A DNA stretch of 64,000 nt from Candidatus Omnitrophota bacterium (GTDB lineage Bacteria; Omnitrophota; Gorgyraeia; Gygaellales; Profunditerraquicolaceae), in assembly GCA_028716245.1 (NCBI GenBank), contig JAQUQW010000002.1, forward strand, positions 229,346 through 293,345. The letters run 5' to 3'. The position numbers and the translations under genes were made by a program. This document shows, piece after piece, positions 1-9,563 of this stretch. Every line of letters starts with the position of its first letter. The stretch's first letter is position 1. The notes beneath the pieces were generated by a model. The model saw only the letters and a list, made by a program, of their open reading frames with translations. It was not told where the DNA came from and searched no databases.

Positions 1-1
1 A

Positions 2-220
2 TACCTCAATAAGGGTGCTATTGTTATAAGCAAAGAAGCTGATGTTAAATTTGAGCCGATTACAGGTGCAACAACGTATTTTAAGCTGACCGAAGGCAGC
101 AAAGTTGAGATATTAGAGAGAGCTGATAGCTGGTATAAGATAAAACGGCCCGATGGGAAGATAGGCTGGGTAGATAAAACGAATTTGGAATCACTTTTTG
201 GAAGGCCTGGTTATAGATAA
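2..220 (+). CDS. 3' end of an SH3b-domain protein (partial, continues upstream of window)
   Basis: Open frame from window edge to TAA at 218-220; translation ...ADSWYKIKRPDGKIGWVDKTNLESLFGRPGYR matches bacterial SH3 (SH3_3) W-Y-K-V...G-W-V signature. Confidence 0.5.
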   Translation, partial: YLNKGAIVISKEADVKFEPITGATTYFKLTEGSKVEILERADSWYKIKRPDGKIGWVDKTNLESLFGRPGYR

Positions 221-316
221 AGGCATCGCGGTAAAAGATAAATAATCCAAAAATCGTACTAATTACGTTAGTTACTGTTATCATAGATTACGCGCGTAAA
301 TATCTTTATCTCTTAA

Positions 317-1165
317 ATGAAAGAATTAGTTAGTTGGTGGGGTCATATCCCCGAGCATATTAACCCTATTTTCCTAAAGGTAGGCATTATCCAGGTGCAT
401 TATTACGGGTTGATGTATCTGTTGGCTTTTCTCACCGTATATTTGCTGGTTCTCTATAGGCTCAAAACGGAAAATATAGGATTCAAGAAAGAAGTTATAG
501 TCAATTATTTTACTTGGTTAATTTTAGCAGTTTTAATCGGTGGTAGATTAGGTTATGTTCTGTTTTATAATTTATTTTATTACCTTAAACATCCTTTAGA
601 GATATTTTTACCGTTTGATATTAATAACGGTTTTCAATATACCGGCCTTTATGGGATGAGTTATCATGGCGCGCTCATAGCAATAGTTATCGCATCAGTA
701 ATTTTTTGTCGCAACTATAAACTTAATTTCTGGTTACTTTCGGATTTATTAGCTCCTGCTGTTCCTTTGGGATATACCTTTGGCAGGTTAGGGAATTTTA
801 TTAATGGCGAACTTTACGGCCGCATTACTACAGTGCCGTGGGGTATGTATTTCCCTTTAGACTCAATGCATCGGTTACGGCATCCCTCTCAGCTTTATGA
901 AGCGTTGTTTGAAGGGATATTTCTTTTTATTATCCTGTGGAGCCTGCGTAAGAGGATCCGGCCTTCGGGAGCGCTTTTCTCTTTGTATCTTATCGGCTAT
1001 GGGACGATAAGGTTATTTTTAGAGTTTTTTCGTCAACCGGATGTTCAATTAGGATTTGTTTTGGGTATATTTACCATGGGGCAAATCCTTTGTTTTACGA
1101 TGATTATATCGGGAGTAATTATTTTTTTAATAAGAATATCAAAAAATAAAAAAGCAGTGTATTAG
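317..1165 (+). CDS. lgt: prolipoprotein diacylglyceryl transferase
   Basis: 282 aa polytopic membrane protein; Lgt signature FGRLGNFINGELYGRITTVPWGMYFP. Confidence 0.9.
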   Translation: MKELVSWWGHIPEHINPIFLKVGIIQVHYYGLMYLLAFLTVYLLVLYRLKTENIGFKKEVIVNYFTWLILAVLIGGRLGYVLFYNLFYYLKHPLEIFLPFDINNGFQYTGLYGMSYHGALIAIVIASVIFCRNYKLNFWLLSDLLAPAVPLGYTFGRLGNFINGELYGRITTVPWGMYFPLDSMHRLRHPSQLYEALFEGIFLFIILWSLRKRIRPSGALFSLYLIGYGTIRLFLEFFRQPDVQLGFVLGIFTMGQILCFTMIISGVIIFLIRISKNKKAVY

Positions 1166-1184
1166 TCTATGGGGTGCCTTAATT

Positions 1185-3605
1185 ATGGATTTAAAAATTA
1201 AAAGTACCTCCGATTATAAAACAATTTCTTTAGAAGAGGTCTTTAAATTTCTAGAAACAACCTCAGACGGCCTCTCCGCTTCGCAAGCCGGGAATCGCCT
1301 TGCCATATTTGGAGCTAACGAAATAGCAGAAAAGAAACCGAATCCTTTCTTGGAGTTTGTTTCGCGTTACTGGGGCCCCATGCCATGGCTGTTGGAACTG
1401 GCGATAGCGCTTTCGTTAGTATTGCGGCATTATCTGGAAGGAATAATTATTTTTGTGCTGCTTACATTGAACGTCATCATCGGTCATATGCACGCACGCG
1501 GTTCGCAGAAGGCAATCCAACTCCTTAAACAAAAGCTGGCCATTAAAGCAAAAGTATTACGAGATGGAGAATGGGTAATGCAAGCGGCAGAAGAGATTGT
1601 GCCCGGAGATATCCTTGTAGTTAAGCTTGGAGATATAGTGCCTGCTGATGCCAAGATTGTAAGCGGCGATTTATCGGTTGATGAATCAGCCTTAACCGGA
1701 GAATCCTTCCCTAAAGATGCACATCCGTTAGACGTTATTTATTCAGGATCTGTAGTGAAGCGGGGGCAAGCCAGGTGCGCCGTGGTAAATACCGGGGCAA
1801 ATACCTACTTTGGTAAAACAGCCGAACTAGTCAAAATAGCAAAACCCAAGTCGCATCAAGAGGAAGTTATGATGGCCGTAGTTAAATACATGATGTACCT
1901 GGGCATTGCCGCGTCAATCCTTGTTGCAATATACGCCTTATTCCTTCACTTAAGCGTCTTTTTGATACTAACCTTTGTTGTGATTTTTCTTATGGGGGCA
2001 GTCCCTGTGGCGCTTCCAGCAGTAATGACAATTGTTCAATCGGTAGGTGCGATGGAACTTAGTAAGAAGGGGGTGTTGGTAACCAGGCTTGATTCGATTG
2101 AAGATGCCGCTTCTATAGATGTGCTTTGTTTTGATAAGACAGGCACGGTAACGCAGAACAGATTATCAGTTATAGATAGCATAGTGTTTTCAGGATATCA
2201 AAAAGAGAATGTTATCAGATTAGCTGCTTTGGCATCCCGAGCAGAGGGGATGGACGTAATCGACCTTGCGGTTATTGAATATGCTAAAGACGCGCGGGTA
2301 GATTTAAATGCGTTTAAACAGATTTCGTACGCGCCTTTTAATCCGTCGCTCAAGAGAACAGAAGCGATTATCGAAAATAATGGAGCGCGTTTTAAGGCCA
2401 TTAAGGGTGCCTCTCAGGCTGTCCTAGCTTTGTGCCGCGGAATTGGTCAAGAAACGATAGCTGGGGCTAATAAAACAATAAAGGAGTTTTCTCAAAAAGG
2501 ATACAGGACGATTGCAGTTGCGCAGTCGCGCGGGGATGATCTAGAAAACTTTCAACTTGCAGGGCTGCTGGCATTAGCTGATCCTCTTCGGCCGGATTCA
2601 AAGAGCATGATCGAGGAAGCAAAAAAGCTGGGGATAAAGCCCATTATGCTGACCGGAGATAATATTGCCATAGCTCAAGAGATAGCCCGGCAGGTTGGCA
2701 TTGGCAGTAAAATTATCAGGTTTTCTGATATTGCGGGCTTAAGTGAAGATACGCAGATAAGGTCTATTGAAGAAAGCGATGGGTTTGCCGAGATATATCC
2801 TGAGGATAAGTATAAAATAGTAAAATTGCTGCAATCAAGAAATCATATGGTAGGGATGACCGGAGACGGGGTGAATGATGCGCCGGCGCTAAAGCAGGCG
2901 GAGATGGGAATAGCGGTAAGAAGATCAACTGATGTGGCCAAAGCATCAGCAAGCGTAGTCTTAACTGAACCGGGAATAAGCGTAATAATTAATGCGATAG
3001 AGATAAGTAGAGAGATATACCAACGGATGCTGACATGGGTTATAAATAAAGTTACTAAGGTTATAGAATTTGTAGGGTTATTAACCGTAGGTTTCTTTTG
3101 GCTGCATAATATTGTGCTTTCACTTTTGGGAATGTCGCTACTTGTATTTGCCAATGATTTTGTAACCATGTCTCTGGCAACCGACAATGTAAAGTCCACA
3201 GATAATCCTAACAAGTGGAATGTAAAAAATATTACTGTGTTATCCATCATTCCGGGTATACTCTTAGTGGTGGAAGGCTTAATTATAATTCTGGTAGGGC
3301 TGAGATATTTTCATTTGGAATGGGAGAAGCTGCGTACTTTGGTAATGCTGAACCTTATATTTAATAGCCAATTTCGAGTATTGATTGTTAGGGAAAGGAG
3401 GCACTTTTGGGCATCTGTTCCCGGTAAAGCGTTGCTCATCTTCAGCCTATCGACCATAATAATATTCTTTCTGTTAGGTATTTACGGTATTTTTATTCCA
3501 GCTCTTACCGTAAAACAAATTCTTATTGTTCTGGGATTCTCGGCGTTATTCACTCTGGGTATTGATTTTCCTAAATACTATTTATTTAGGAGATTTGGGT
3601 TATAA
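1185..3605 (+). CDS. cation-transporting P-type ATPase (type IIIA/H+- or Mg2+-ATPase-like)
   Basis: 806 aa; phosphorylation motif CFDKTGTVT, hinge MTGDGVNDAPALK, TGES motif, 8-10 predicted TM segments. Confidence 0.85.
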   Translation: MDLKIKSTSDYKTISLEEVFKFLETTSDGLSASQAGNRLAIFGANEIAEKKPNPFLEFVSRYWGPMPWLLELAIALSLVLRHYLEGIIIFVLLTLNVIIGHMHARGSQKAIQLLKQKLAIKAKVLRDGEWVMQAAEEIVPGDILVVKLGDIVPADAKIVSGDLSVDESALTGESFPKDAHPLDVIYSGSVVKRGQARCAVVNTGANTYFGKTAELVKIAKPKSHQEEVMMAVVKYMMYLGIAASILVAIYALFLHLSVFLILTFVVIFLMGAVPVALPAVMTIVQSVGAMELSKKGVLVTRLDSIEDAASIDVLCFDKTGTVTQNRLSVIDSIVFSGYQKENVIRLAALASRAEGMDVIDLAVIEYAKDARVDLNAFKQISYAPFNPSLKRTEAIIENNGARFKAIKGASQAVLALCRGIGQETIAGANKTIKEFSQKGYRTIAVAQSRGDDLENFQLAGLLALADPLRPDSKSMIEEAKKLGIKPIMLTGDNIAIAQEIARQVGIGSKIIRFSDIAGLSEDTQIRSIEESDGFAEIYPEDKYKIVKLLQSRNHMVGMTGDGVNDAPALKQAEMGIAVRRSTDVAKASASVVLTEPGISVIINAIEISREIYQRMLTWVINKVTKVIEFVGLLTVGFFWLHNIVLSLLGMSLLVFANDFVTMSLATDNVKSTDNPNKWNVKNITVLSIIPGILLVVEGLIIILVGLRYFHLEWEKLRTLVMLNLIFNSQFRVLIVRERRHFWASVPGKALLIFSLSTIIIFFLLGIYGIFIPALTVKQILIVLGFSALFTLGIDFPKYYLFRRFGL

Positions 3606-3640
3606 TTACATATATAAGGAACAGAAGGAAAGAGCCGTAA

Positions 3641-4690
3641 ATGCCAAAGACTAAAATAATCTGCACTTTAGGGCCGGCTTCAAGCAAAGAAAATGTTTTG
3701 ATCAAGATGATGGGCGCCGGTATGGCAGTGGCAAGGTTAAATTTCTCTCACTCTACCTCAAAGGTTCATTTAGCCCGGATACGGCTGATAAGGAAACTAA
3801 ATAAAAAATATCGCCTAAATATCAAGATATTGGGGGATTTGGAGGGTTACCGCATAAGGGTGGGTAGATTAGAAGGAGGTCAGGCGATCAAGGTAAATAA
3901 AGGGCAGGTCGTTTGGTTGACACAAGAAAATACTTTAGGAAAAGGCAGCCTGATACCATTTGATTACAAAGGCCCTTTAAGCAAGATCTGCAAAGGCCAA
4001 TACATTTATATTGATGATGGTAATATCGCCCTTATAGTTTTAGGGGGCCGGATAAATAGATTAAAGGCTAAAGTGGTTATTCCCGGGTTGATTAAAGAGC
4101 GCAAAGGCATAAATATGCCCGGAGTAAAAATGAGCTTTAAAGGATTGACAGCCAAAGACAAGGAGGATATCCGTTTTTGTTTAGAAAATAAAGTTGATTA
4201 TCTAGCCCAGTCTTTTGTAAGGAGTAAGGACGATATCCTCGTTATTAGGGAATATCTTAAGGATTGTGCGTATAAATGCAAGATCATTGCAAAAATTGAG
4301 AACCGGGAAGGTATTAAAAATATTGCTGAAATAATCAAAGTCTGCGATGGAATTATGGTCGCCAGAGGCGATCTGGGCGTCTCCATTCCTATATATGAGG
4401 TGCCGATAGTGCAAAAAGAAATAATCAAAAAATGTAACCGGGCAAAAGAATTTGTCATTACCGCTACCCAGATGCTGGAGAGCATGACTGAAAACCGTAT
4501 CCCTGAAAGGGCGGAGGTTTCAGACGTGGCTAACGCCATATTGGACGGTTCGGATTACCTGATGCTTTCCGCGGAGACTGCGGTTGGTTTATATCCTGCG
4601 GAATGCGTTGATATGATGAATAAAATAATTAAGTTTACGGAGAAGAACACCCCTGGCGATCTCCGTCTTACGAGACCGGGCAAGAGATAA
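3641..4690 (+). CDS. pyk: pyruvate kinase (short form, lacks C-terminal allosteric domain)
   Basis: N-term [12 protein letters not shown]...LNFSHS and [12 protein letters not shown] motifs; only 349 aa. Confidence 0.8.
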   Translation: MPKTKIICTLGPASSKENVLIKMMGAGMAVARLNFSHSTSKVHLARIRLIRKLNKKYRLNIKILGDLEGYRIRVGRLEGGQAIKVNKGQVVWLTQENTLGKGSLIPFDYKGPLSKICKGQYIYIDDGNIALIVLGGRINRLKAKVVIPGLIKERKGINMPGVKMSFKGLTAKDKEDIRFCLENKVDYLAQSFVRSKDDILVIREYLKDCAYKCKIIAKIENREGIKNIAEIIKVCDGIMVARGDLGVSIPIYEVPIVQKEIIKKCNRAKEFVITATQMLESMTENRIPERAEVSDVANAILDGSDYLMLSAETAVGLYPAECVDMMNKIIKFTEKNTPGDLRLTRPGKR

Positions 4691-4729
4691 TATTTTATTC
4701 CTCGAAGAGTGGCCGTTGTTAAATTTTAG

Positions 4730-4757
4730 TTGACAAACCGCAAAAATAGTGTATACT
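4730..4757 (+). promoter_or_regulatory. sigma70-type promoter for csp (TTGACA-16-TATACT), followed by ~95 nt leader
   Basis: TTGACA at ~4730-4735, TATACT at ~4752-4757; long 5'UTR typical of cold-shock mRNAs. Confidence 0.5.
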
Positions 4758-4854
4758 TTTTGGCGTAGTGAGCAAGGGAGTAGAAGTCTTGAACCGTAAG
4801 GAGAAAGAATGACACACCTTACGGTTTTTTTATGGAAAGGAGGAAACAGAGAAA

Positions 4855-5055
4855 ATGGCAAAGGGTAAAGTAAAGTGGTTTTCCAATCAAAAGGGATATG
4901 GTTTTATTACTCCTGAGAATGGCGCTGATGTATTCGTGCATCACACCGCGATCCAGGGTGAAGGCTATAAAACCTTAGAGGAGGGCCAGGATGTCGAATT
5001 CGAGATCGAAAAAGGTCCTAAAGGTGAACAAGCTACTAAAGTAGTGAAGTTATAA
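4855..5055 (+). CDS. cspA: cold-shock protein, CspA family
   Basis: 66 aa; [33 protein letters not shown]1/RNP2 motifs. Confidence 0.9.
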   Translation: MAKGKVKWFSNQKGYGFITPENGADVFVHHTAIQGEGYKTLEEGQDVEFEIEKGPKGEQATKVVKL

Positions 5056-5075
5056 CCTAATCAGGAAAACAAAAA

Positions 5076-5108
5076 AGGCCCGGCACAAAATGCTGGGCCT
5101 TTTTTGTT
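5076..5108 (+). terminator. rho-independent terminator after csp
   Basis: GGCCCGGCA-loop-TGCTGGGCC stem followed by TTTTTTGTTT. Confidence 0.7.
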
Positions 5109-5132
5109 TAAAATCGTGGTAGAATAAAAGAG

Positions 5133-6218
5133 ATGAAAAAATTTGCAGCGGTAGCCATGAGCGGCGGCGTGGATTCTTCGGTAGCCGCGGCTTTATTAAA
5201 AGAGCAAGGGTATGAGGTAGTCGGCCTGACGATGTGTTTTAACCTGGCGGAAAAGGACGGCAAGAAGCCCAGTTGCTGCGGTTTAACCGGAATTGAGGAT
5301 GCCCGGCGGGTTTGTCAAAAGCTGGGAATCCGGCATTATGTTATCAATTTGGATAAAGATTTTTCCCGGGATGTAATCCAGAATTTTCACCAGGAATATT
5401 TAAACGGCAGGACCCCCAATCCCTGCGTTAGATGCAATCAGTTTATAAAATTCGGTATTTTACTTAAAAAGGCGCTTGGCCTGGGGGCCAAATTTTTAGC
5501 CACCGGACATTATGCCGGGATCGTAAAGTCAAAACAGGGATATCTGCTTAAAAAGGCCAGGGACATTAGAAAAGATCAATCCTATTTTTTATACCGCTTA
5601 AACCAGAAACAACTAAAACACATAATTTTCCCGTTGGGTAATTTTACCAAATCTAAAGTCAGGGAGCTGGCCAGGGATTTTGGACTAAAGGTAGCGGAAA
5701 AACAGGATAGCCAGGAGATTTGTTTTCTGCCGGACGGCAAACACGGGGATTTGATCAAGGCCAAAGGTTTAAACCGCGTTCAGCCGGGTGAATTGGCGGA
5801 TAAAGAAGGCAATATCCTTGGGGTGCATCAAGGAATACCATTTTATACTATCGGCCAGCGCCATGGATTGGGAGTTGCCAAGGGATACCCGTTGTATGTA
5901 ACGCGGATTAATGCCAGAGCCAACCGGATTACCGTAGGAAAACGGCAGGAGGCTTATAAAAGCGGATGCATTATAAAAGAAGTGAATTTTCTGGGTGAGC
6001 CTTTTAAAAAGAAGGTTGAGATAAAGGTAAGGATACGCTATAATCATAAAGAAATGCCGGCAGTTGTTTATCCGGATGCAAAAGCATTGAAGGTAATTTT
6101 TAAAGAGCCGCAGTTTGCGATAACACCCGGCCAATCCGCGGTCTTTTACGATAAAGATATAGTTTTAGGCGGAGGAATAATCCAAAAGGTTATTGATGAG
6201 AATGATCAAGGAAGATAA
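5133..6218 (+). CDS. mnmA: tRNA-specific 2-thiouridylase
   Basis: AVAMSGGVDSSVAA PP-loop, conserved Cys, 361 aa. Confidence 0.9.
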   Translation: MKKFAAVAMSGGVDSSVAAALLKEQGYEVVGLTMCFNLAEKDGKKPSCCGLTGIEDARRVCQKLGIRHYVINLDKDFSRDVIQNFHQEYLNGRTPNPCVRCNQFIKFGILLKKALGLGAKFLATGHYAGIVKSKQGYLLKKARDIRKDQSYFLYRLNQKQLKHIIFPLGNFTKSKVRELARDFGLKVAEKQDSQEICFLPDGKHGDLIKAKGLNRVQPGELADKEGNILGVHQGIPFYTIGQRHGLGVAKGYPLYVTRINARANRITVGKRQEAYKSGCIIKEVNFLGEPFKKKVEIKVRIRYNHKEMPAVVYPDAKALKVIFKEPQFAITPGQSAVFYDKDIVLGGGIIQKVIDENDQGR

Positions 6219-7119
6219 AGAATTAGTTGCCAAGATTAAAGAGTTAAAGAAAAAACGCAATGCCATAATCCTGGCGCATAACTACCAGTTGCCGGAAGTC
6301 CAGGATATCGCGGATTTCCGCGGGGATTCCCTTGAGCTTTCGCGGATGGCCGCCAAAACCGAAGCAAAAGTAATTGTTTTCTGCGGAGTTTATTTTATGG
6401 CCGAAACCGCTTCGATTCTTTCTCCGGATAAATTAGTAATTATGCCGGATGTATCCGCCGGATGCCCCATGGCCAATATGATGACTGCCGCTGACCTAAG
6501 GAAGCTAAAAGCCGAGCATCCCCGGGCAGTCGCCGTAGGTTACGTGAATACCTCGGCGCAGGTGAAAGCGGAACTGGATTATTGCTGCACTTCGACTAAC
6601 GCGGTTGCGGTAATCAACTTTTTAAAGAATGAGAAAGAAATAATTTTTATCCCGGATAAATACCTGGCCGATTATGTTTCCAAAAAGAGCGGCAGAAAAT
6701 TGATCACCTGGCACGGTTTTTGCCCGACGCATGTTAAGATATTGCCGGAGGATTTAAAAAGAGAGAAAAAATTTCACCCTAAGGCCAAGAGAATGGTGCA
6801 TCCGGAGTGCCTGCCTTCCGTAGTTGCGCTGGCGGACGCGGTATTATCTACCAGCCAGATGGCTAAATATGCCAAGGAAAATCCGGCCAAAGAGTTTATC
6901 GTCGGTACGGAGGCCGGGTTAGTTTACCGCCTAAAGCAGGATAATCCGGATAAAGAGTTTTATTTAGCCAGCGAACGCGCGATGTGCCCGAACATGAAAC
7001 GGACCACGCTGGAAAAAGTGCTCTGGGCTCTGGAGGATCTTAAAGAAGAGGTTAAGGTGCCGGAAAATATCAGGGCAAAAGCGTACCTGGCTATTGAACG
7101 TATGTTAAAGATTATTTAA
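6193..7119 (+). CDS. nadA: quinolinate synthase A
   Basis: 308 aa; N-term IKELKKKRNAIILAHNYQ and triple-Cys NadA architecture; start overlaps mnmA end. Confidence 0.9.
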   Translation: MMRMIKEDKELVAKIKELKKKRNAIILAHNYQLPEVQDIADFRGDSLELSRMAAKTEAKVIVFCGVYFMAETASILSPDKLVIMPDVSAGCPMANMMTAADLRKLKAEHPRAVAVGYVNTSAQVKAELDYCCTSTNAVAVINFLKNEKEIIFIPDKYLADYVSKKSGRKLITWHGFCPTHVKILPEDLKREKKFHPKAKRMVHPECLPSVVALADAVLSTSQMAKYAKENPAKEFIVGTEAGLVYRLKQDNPDKEFYLASERAMCPNMKRTTLEKVLWALEDLKEEVKVPENIRAKAYLAIERMLKII

Positions 7120-7742
7120 TGAATATCCCGATCGTCTTTGAAGATGATTGGCTACTGGTGGTTAATAAGCCTGCCGGCCTATTGAGTGTCCCAACACCTA
7201 AAAACGAATCGCGTACTTTGACCAGCATTTTAAACCAAGATGCCCAGGATCGAGGATTAAAGTATCGGCTTTATCCCTGCCACCGCCTTGATCGGGAAAC
7301 CTCGGGGCTGCTGATTTATGCTAAAACCAAGGGCATTGAGTCAAAAATGGCGGATGCTTTCAGGAGCAGGCAGGTAAGTAAAAAATATATCGCTTTTGTG
7401 CATGGAAAATTGGCGCATCCGCAAGGCACTATCGCTTCGGCTATCGAGGCAAAGAGCGCGGTTACAAACTACGAGGTTATGCAGGAAAAAAATAATTACA
7501 GCGTAGTTGAGGTTTCTCCGGTTACCGGCAGGACTAATCAGGTCCGGATCCACTTCAAGCGTATCCAGCATCCCTTAGTCGGTGAAGATAAATTTATTTT
7601 TCGCAAGGATTTTGCTTTGCGGGCAAAGCGGGTTTGCTTGCATGCCGAATATTTAGAGTTCAAGCATCCTGTGACCGGTAAAACTGTGGCGGTCCAGGCG
7701 CCTCTGGCCGCAGATATGCAAAAGTTTTTGGAAGATCACTAA
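7119..7742 (+). CDS. RluA-family pseudouridine synthase (short)
   Basis: HRLDRETSGLLIYAKT catalytic Asp motif; 207 aa. Confidence 0.8.
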   Translation: MNIPIVFEDDWLLVVNKPAGLLSVPTPKNESRTLTSILNQDAQDRGLKYRLYPCHRLDRETSGLLIYAKTKGIESKMADAFRSRQVSKKYIAFVHGKLAHPQGTIASAIEAKSAVTNYEVMQEKNNYSVVEVSPVTGRTNQVRIHFKRIQHPLVGEDKFIFRKDFALRAKRVCLHAEYLEFKHPVTGKTVAVQAPLAADMQKFLEDH

Positions 7743-7757
7743 TCTTAGGAGAACCCG

Positions 7758-8528
7758 ATGCACATAGTGTCTGTTTTGATCTTTGGTATTGTCGAGGGGA
7801 TTACGGAGTTCCTGCCTGTTTCTTCGACCGGCCACTTAATGCTAACCGCAAAACTTCTTCAGATCAGCCAATCGGAATTTATCAAAAGTTTTGAAATCTC
7901 TATCCAACTGGGTGCAATACTGGCAGTGGTTGTTTTGTATTGGGACAGGTTGATCAAGGGCTGGGAGATCTGGAAACGCTTATTGGTTGCTTTTTTGCCC
8001 GCGGCCCTGATTGGGGCCCTGTTTTATAAAATGATCAAAAGATATCTTTTGGGCAATAATGAAGTGGTGCTTTGGTCCTTGTTTATCGGCGGGTTATTTT
8101 TGATTGTCTTTGAATTGCTGCACCGCGAAAAAAAAGGCGCGGTTGAGGAATTGTCCGCTGTTTCTTATCCGCAGGCATTGGTTATTGGTTTGTTCCAATC
8201 GGTAGCGATGATTCCGGGAGTTTCCCGGGCCGCGGCTACGATTATCGGGGGCTTGGTGGTGGGGTTAAAAAGAAAAACTATCGTGGAGTTTTCATTCCTC
8301 CTGGCGGTTCCCACTATGCTGGCGGCAACGGCTTTGGATCTTTTTAAAAGCGCCCAGGTCTTTAAATCGGGCCAGTTTGTTTCTTTGGGGACAGGTTTTA
8401 TTGTTTCATTTTTTGTGGCTCTTGCTGCGATTAAGTTTTTGCTCAGCTTTATCAAGCGCCACAGTTTTATTGCTTTCGGGGTATACCGCGTAATTATTGT
8501 TTTGGTGTTTTGGTTAATAGTGAAGTAA
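7758..8528 (+). CDS. uppP: undecaprenyl-diphosphatase
   Basis: GITEFLPVSSTGHL and PGVSRAAATI motifs of BacA/UppP. Confidence 0.9.
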   Translation: MHIVSVLIFGIVEGITEFLPVSSTGHLMLTAKLLQISQSEFIKSFEISIQLGAILAVVVLYWDRLIKGWEIWKRLLVAFLPAALIGALFYKMIKRYLLGNNEVVLWSLFIGGLFLIVFELLHREKKGAVEELSAVSYPQALVIGLFQSVAMIPGVSRAAATIIGGLVVGLKRKTIVEFSFLLAVPTMLAATALDLFKSAQVFKSGQFVSLGTGFIVSFFVALAAIKFLLSFIKRHSFIAFGVYRVIIVLVFWLIVK

Positions 8529-9460
8529 ACGGAGGAACTGATATGAGTATTATAGTGTTGGGCACAGTGGCATTAGACAGCGTAAAAACTCCTTTTGGCA
8601 GGCGTAAAGAATTACTCGGAGGATCAGCGGCACATTTTTCCATGGCTGCCCGGCTTTTTACCAAAGTTAACCTGATCGCCATTGTGGGAAGTGATTTTCC
8701 AAAGGAACACATCGCTTTTTTAAGAAGCAAGGGGATTAATCTTAGTTCTTTGATCATGGAGGGCGGTAAAACCTTCAGGTGGGAAGGCGAATATAAAGGG
8801 GATTTAAATTCAGCCCTTACCATTAACACCGAGTTGGGCGTGCTTTCGGTATTTAAACCGCAGGTTTCTGAAGAGCAGCGTAAAATAGAAAACATATTCT
8901 TAGCCAACGTTGACCCGGATATTCAGGAGCACCTTTTGCGTAAGATGCATTCTCCGAAATTAGTCGGTTTAGACAGCATGAACTATTGGATTAATACTAA
9001 GCGCAGAGAACTGATCAAACTGCTTAAGCTTATAGATATTTACGTGGCTAATGACCAGGAGGCCAGGGATTTATCAGGAGAGAGTAATTTAATTAAGGCA
9101 GCCAAACGCCTCTCCTCTTTTGGTCCTAAAATGGTGCTGATTAAAAAAGGGGAGCATGGAGTTTTATTTTACAGCCGGTCTTTGCATGCTGCAAACGGGT
9201 TGGTTTTTTCTCTTCCGGCATATCCGGTTGAGAAGGTAATCGATCCTACGGGAGCAGGGGATACTTTTGCCGGAGGGTTCATGGGTTATCTGGCAAAGAG
9301 TGGTAAGATAAACTCTTCAGCAATAAAGAAGGCATTGGCTTACGGGACTGTGGCCGCTTCTTTTAACGTGGAAGATTTTGGTCTGTATCGGACAAGCAAA
9401 CTGGTCCCGCAAGACCTACAAAGACGTCTAGTTAAATTTAAGAGCTGTTTTTTATTTTAA
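8510..9460 (+). CDS. PfkB-family carbohydrate kinase (ribokinase-like); true start possibly ATG ~8543
   Basis: DPTGAGDTFAGGFMGYL PfkB C-terminal signature; N-terminal GG motif region. Confidence 0.7.
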   Translation: MVNSEVNGGTDMSIIVLGTVALDSVKTPFGRRKELLGGSAAHFSMAARLFTKVNLIAIVGSDFPKEHIAFLRSKGINLSSLIMEGGKTFRWEGEYKGDLNSALTINTELGVLSVFKPQVSEEQRKIENIFLANVDPDIQEHLLRKMHSPKLVGLDSMNYWINTKRRELIKLLKLIDIYVANDQEARDLSGESNLIKAAKRLSSFGPKMVLIKKGEHGVLFYSRSLHAANGLVFSLPAYPVEKVIDPTGAGDTFAGGFMGYLAKSGKINSSAIKKALAYGTVAASFNVEDFGLYRTSKLVPQDLQRRLVKFKSCFLF

Positions 9461-9464
9461 TTTT

Positions 9465-9559
9465 ACACCCCGCGCTTAGAGGAGTTGCGCGGGTGTGCCT
9501 TTGTGGGCAACACGCCGCGTTTATGAGGAATTACGCGGGTGTGGCCTTCTGGCCAAGGA
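9465..9559 (+). repeat. two tandem copies (A1 ~9465-9510, A2 ~9510-9559) of the conserved two-hairpin + AAGGAG leader module, immediately 5' of mscL
   Basis: ACACCCCGCGC-TTAGAGGAGTT-GCGCGGGTGT GCC-TTTGT-GGGC then ACACGCCGCG-TTTATGAGGAATT-ACGCGGGTGT GGCC-TTCT-GGCC AAGGAG; see findings. Confidence 0.8.
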
Positions 9560-9563
9560 GACA

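Noticed and set aside
81-284. 67-aa minus-strand ORF at the window start
   Set aside because: It overlaps the clear SH3-domain coding frame on the + strand and has no homology signal or SD.
2843-3250. Antisense ORFs inside large genes (e.g. 2843-3250 in the P-type ATPase, 17496-17927 in the NSS transporter, 43676-44182 in rplY/pth, 52904-53380 in lpxC-fabZ/lpxA)
   Set aside because: They are entirely embedded antisense to well-supported genes, with biased low-complexity composition. They are typical spurious ORFs of GC-moderate DNA.
9495-9563. N-terminal extensions of track ORFs 9495, 9906, 16436 and 44710 (MPLWATRRVYEE..., MPVWARRT..., MCPCGQGG..., MRGCCLRRQG...)
   Set aside because: These extensions are translations of the conserved hairpin module itself (repeated near-identical peptides are an artefact of the repeat). 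Each real gene starts at the ATG right after the module's AAGGAGG.
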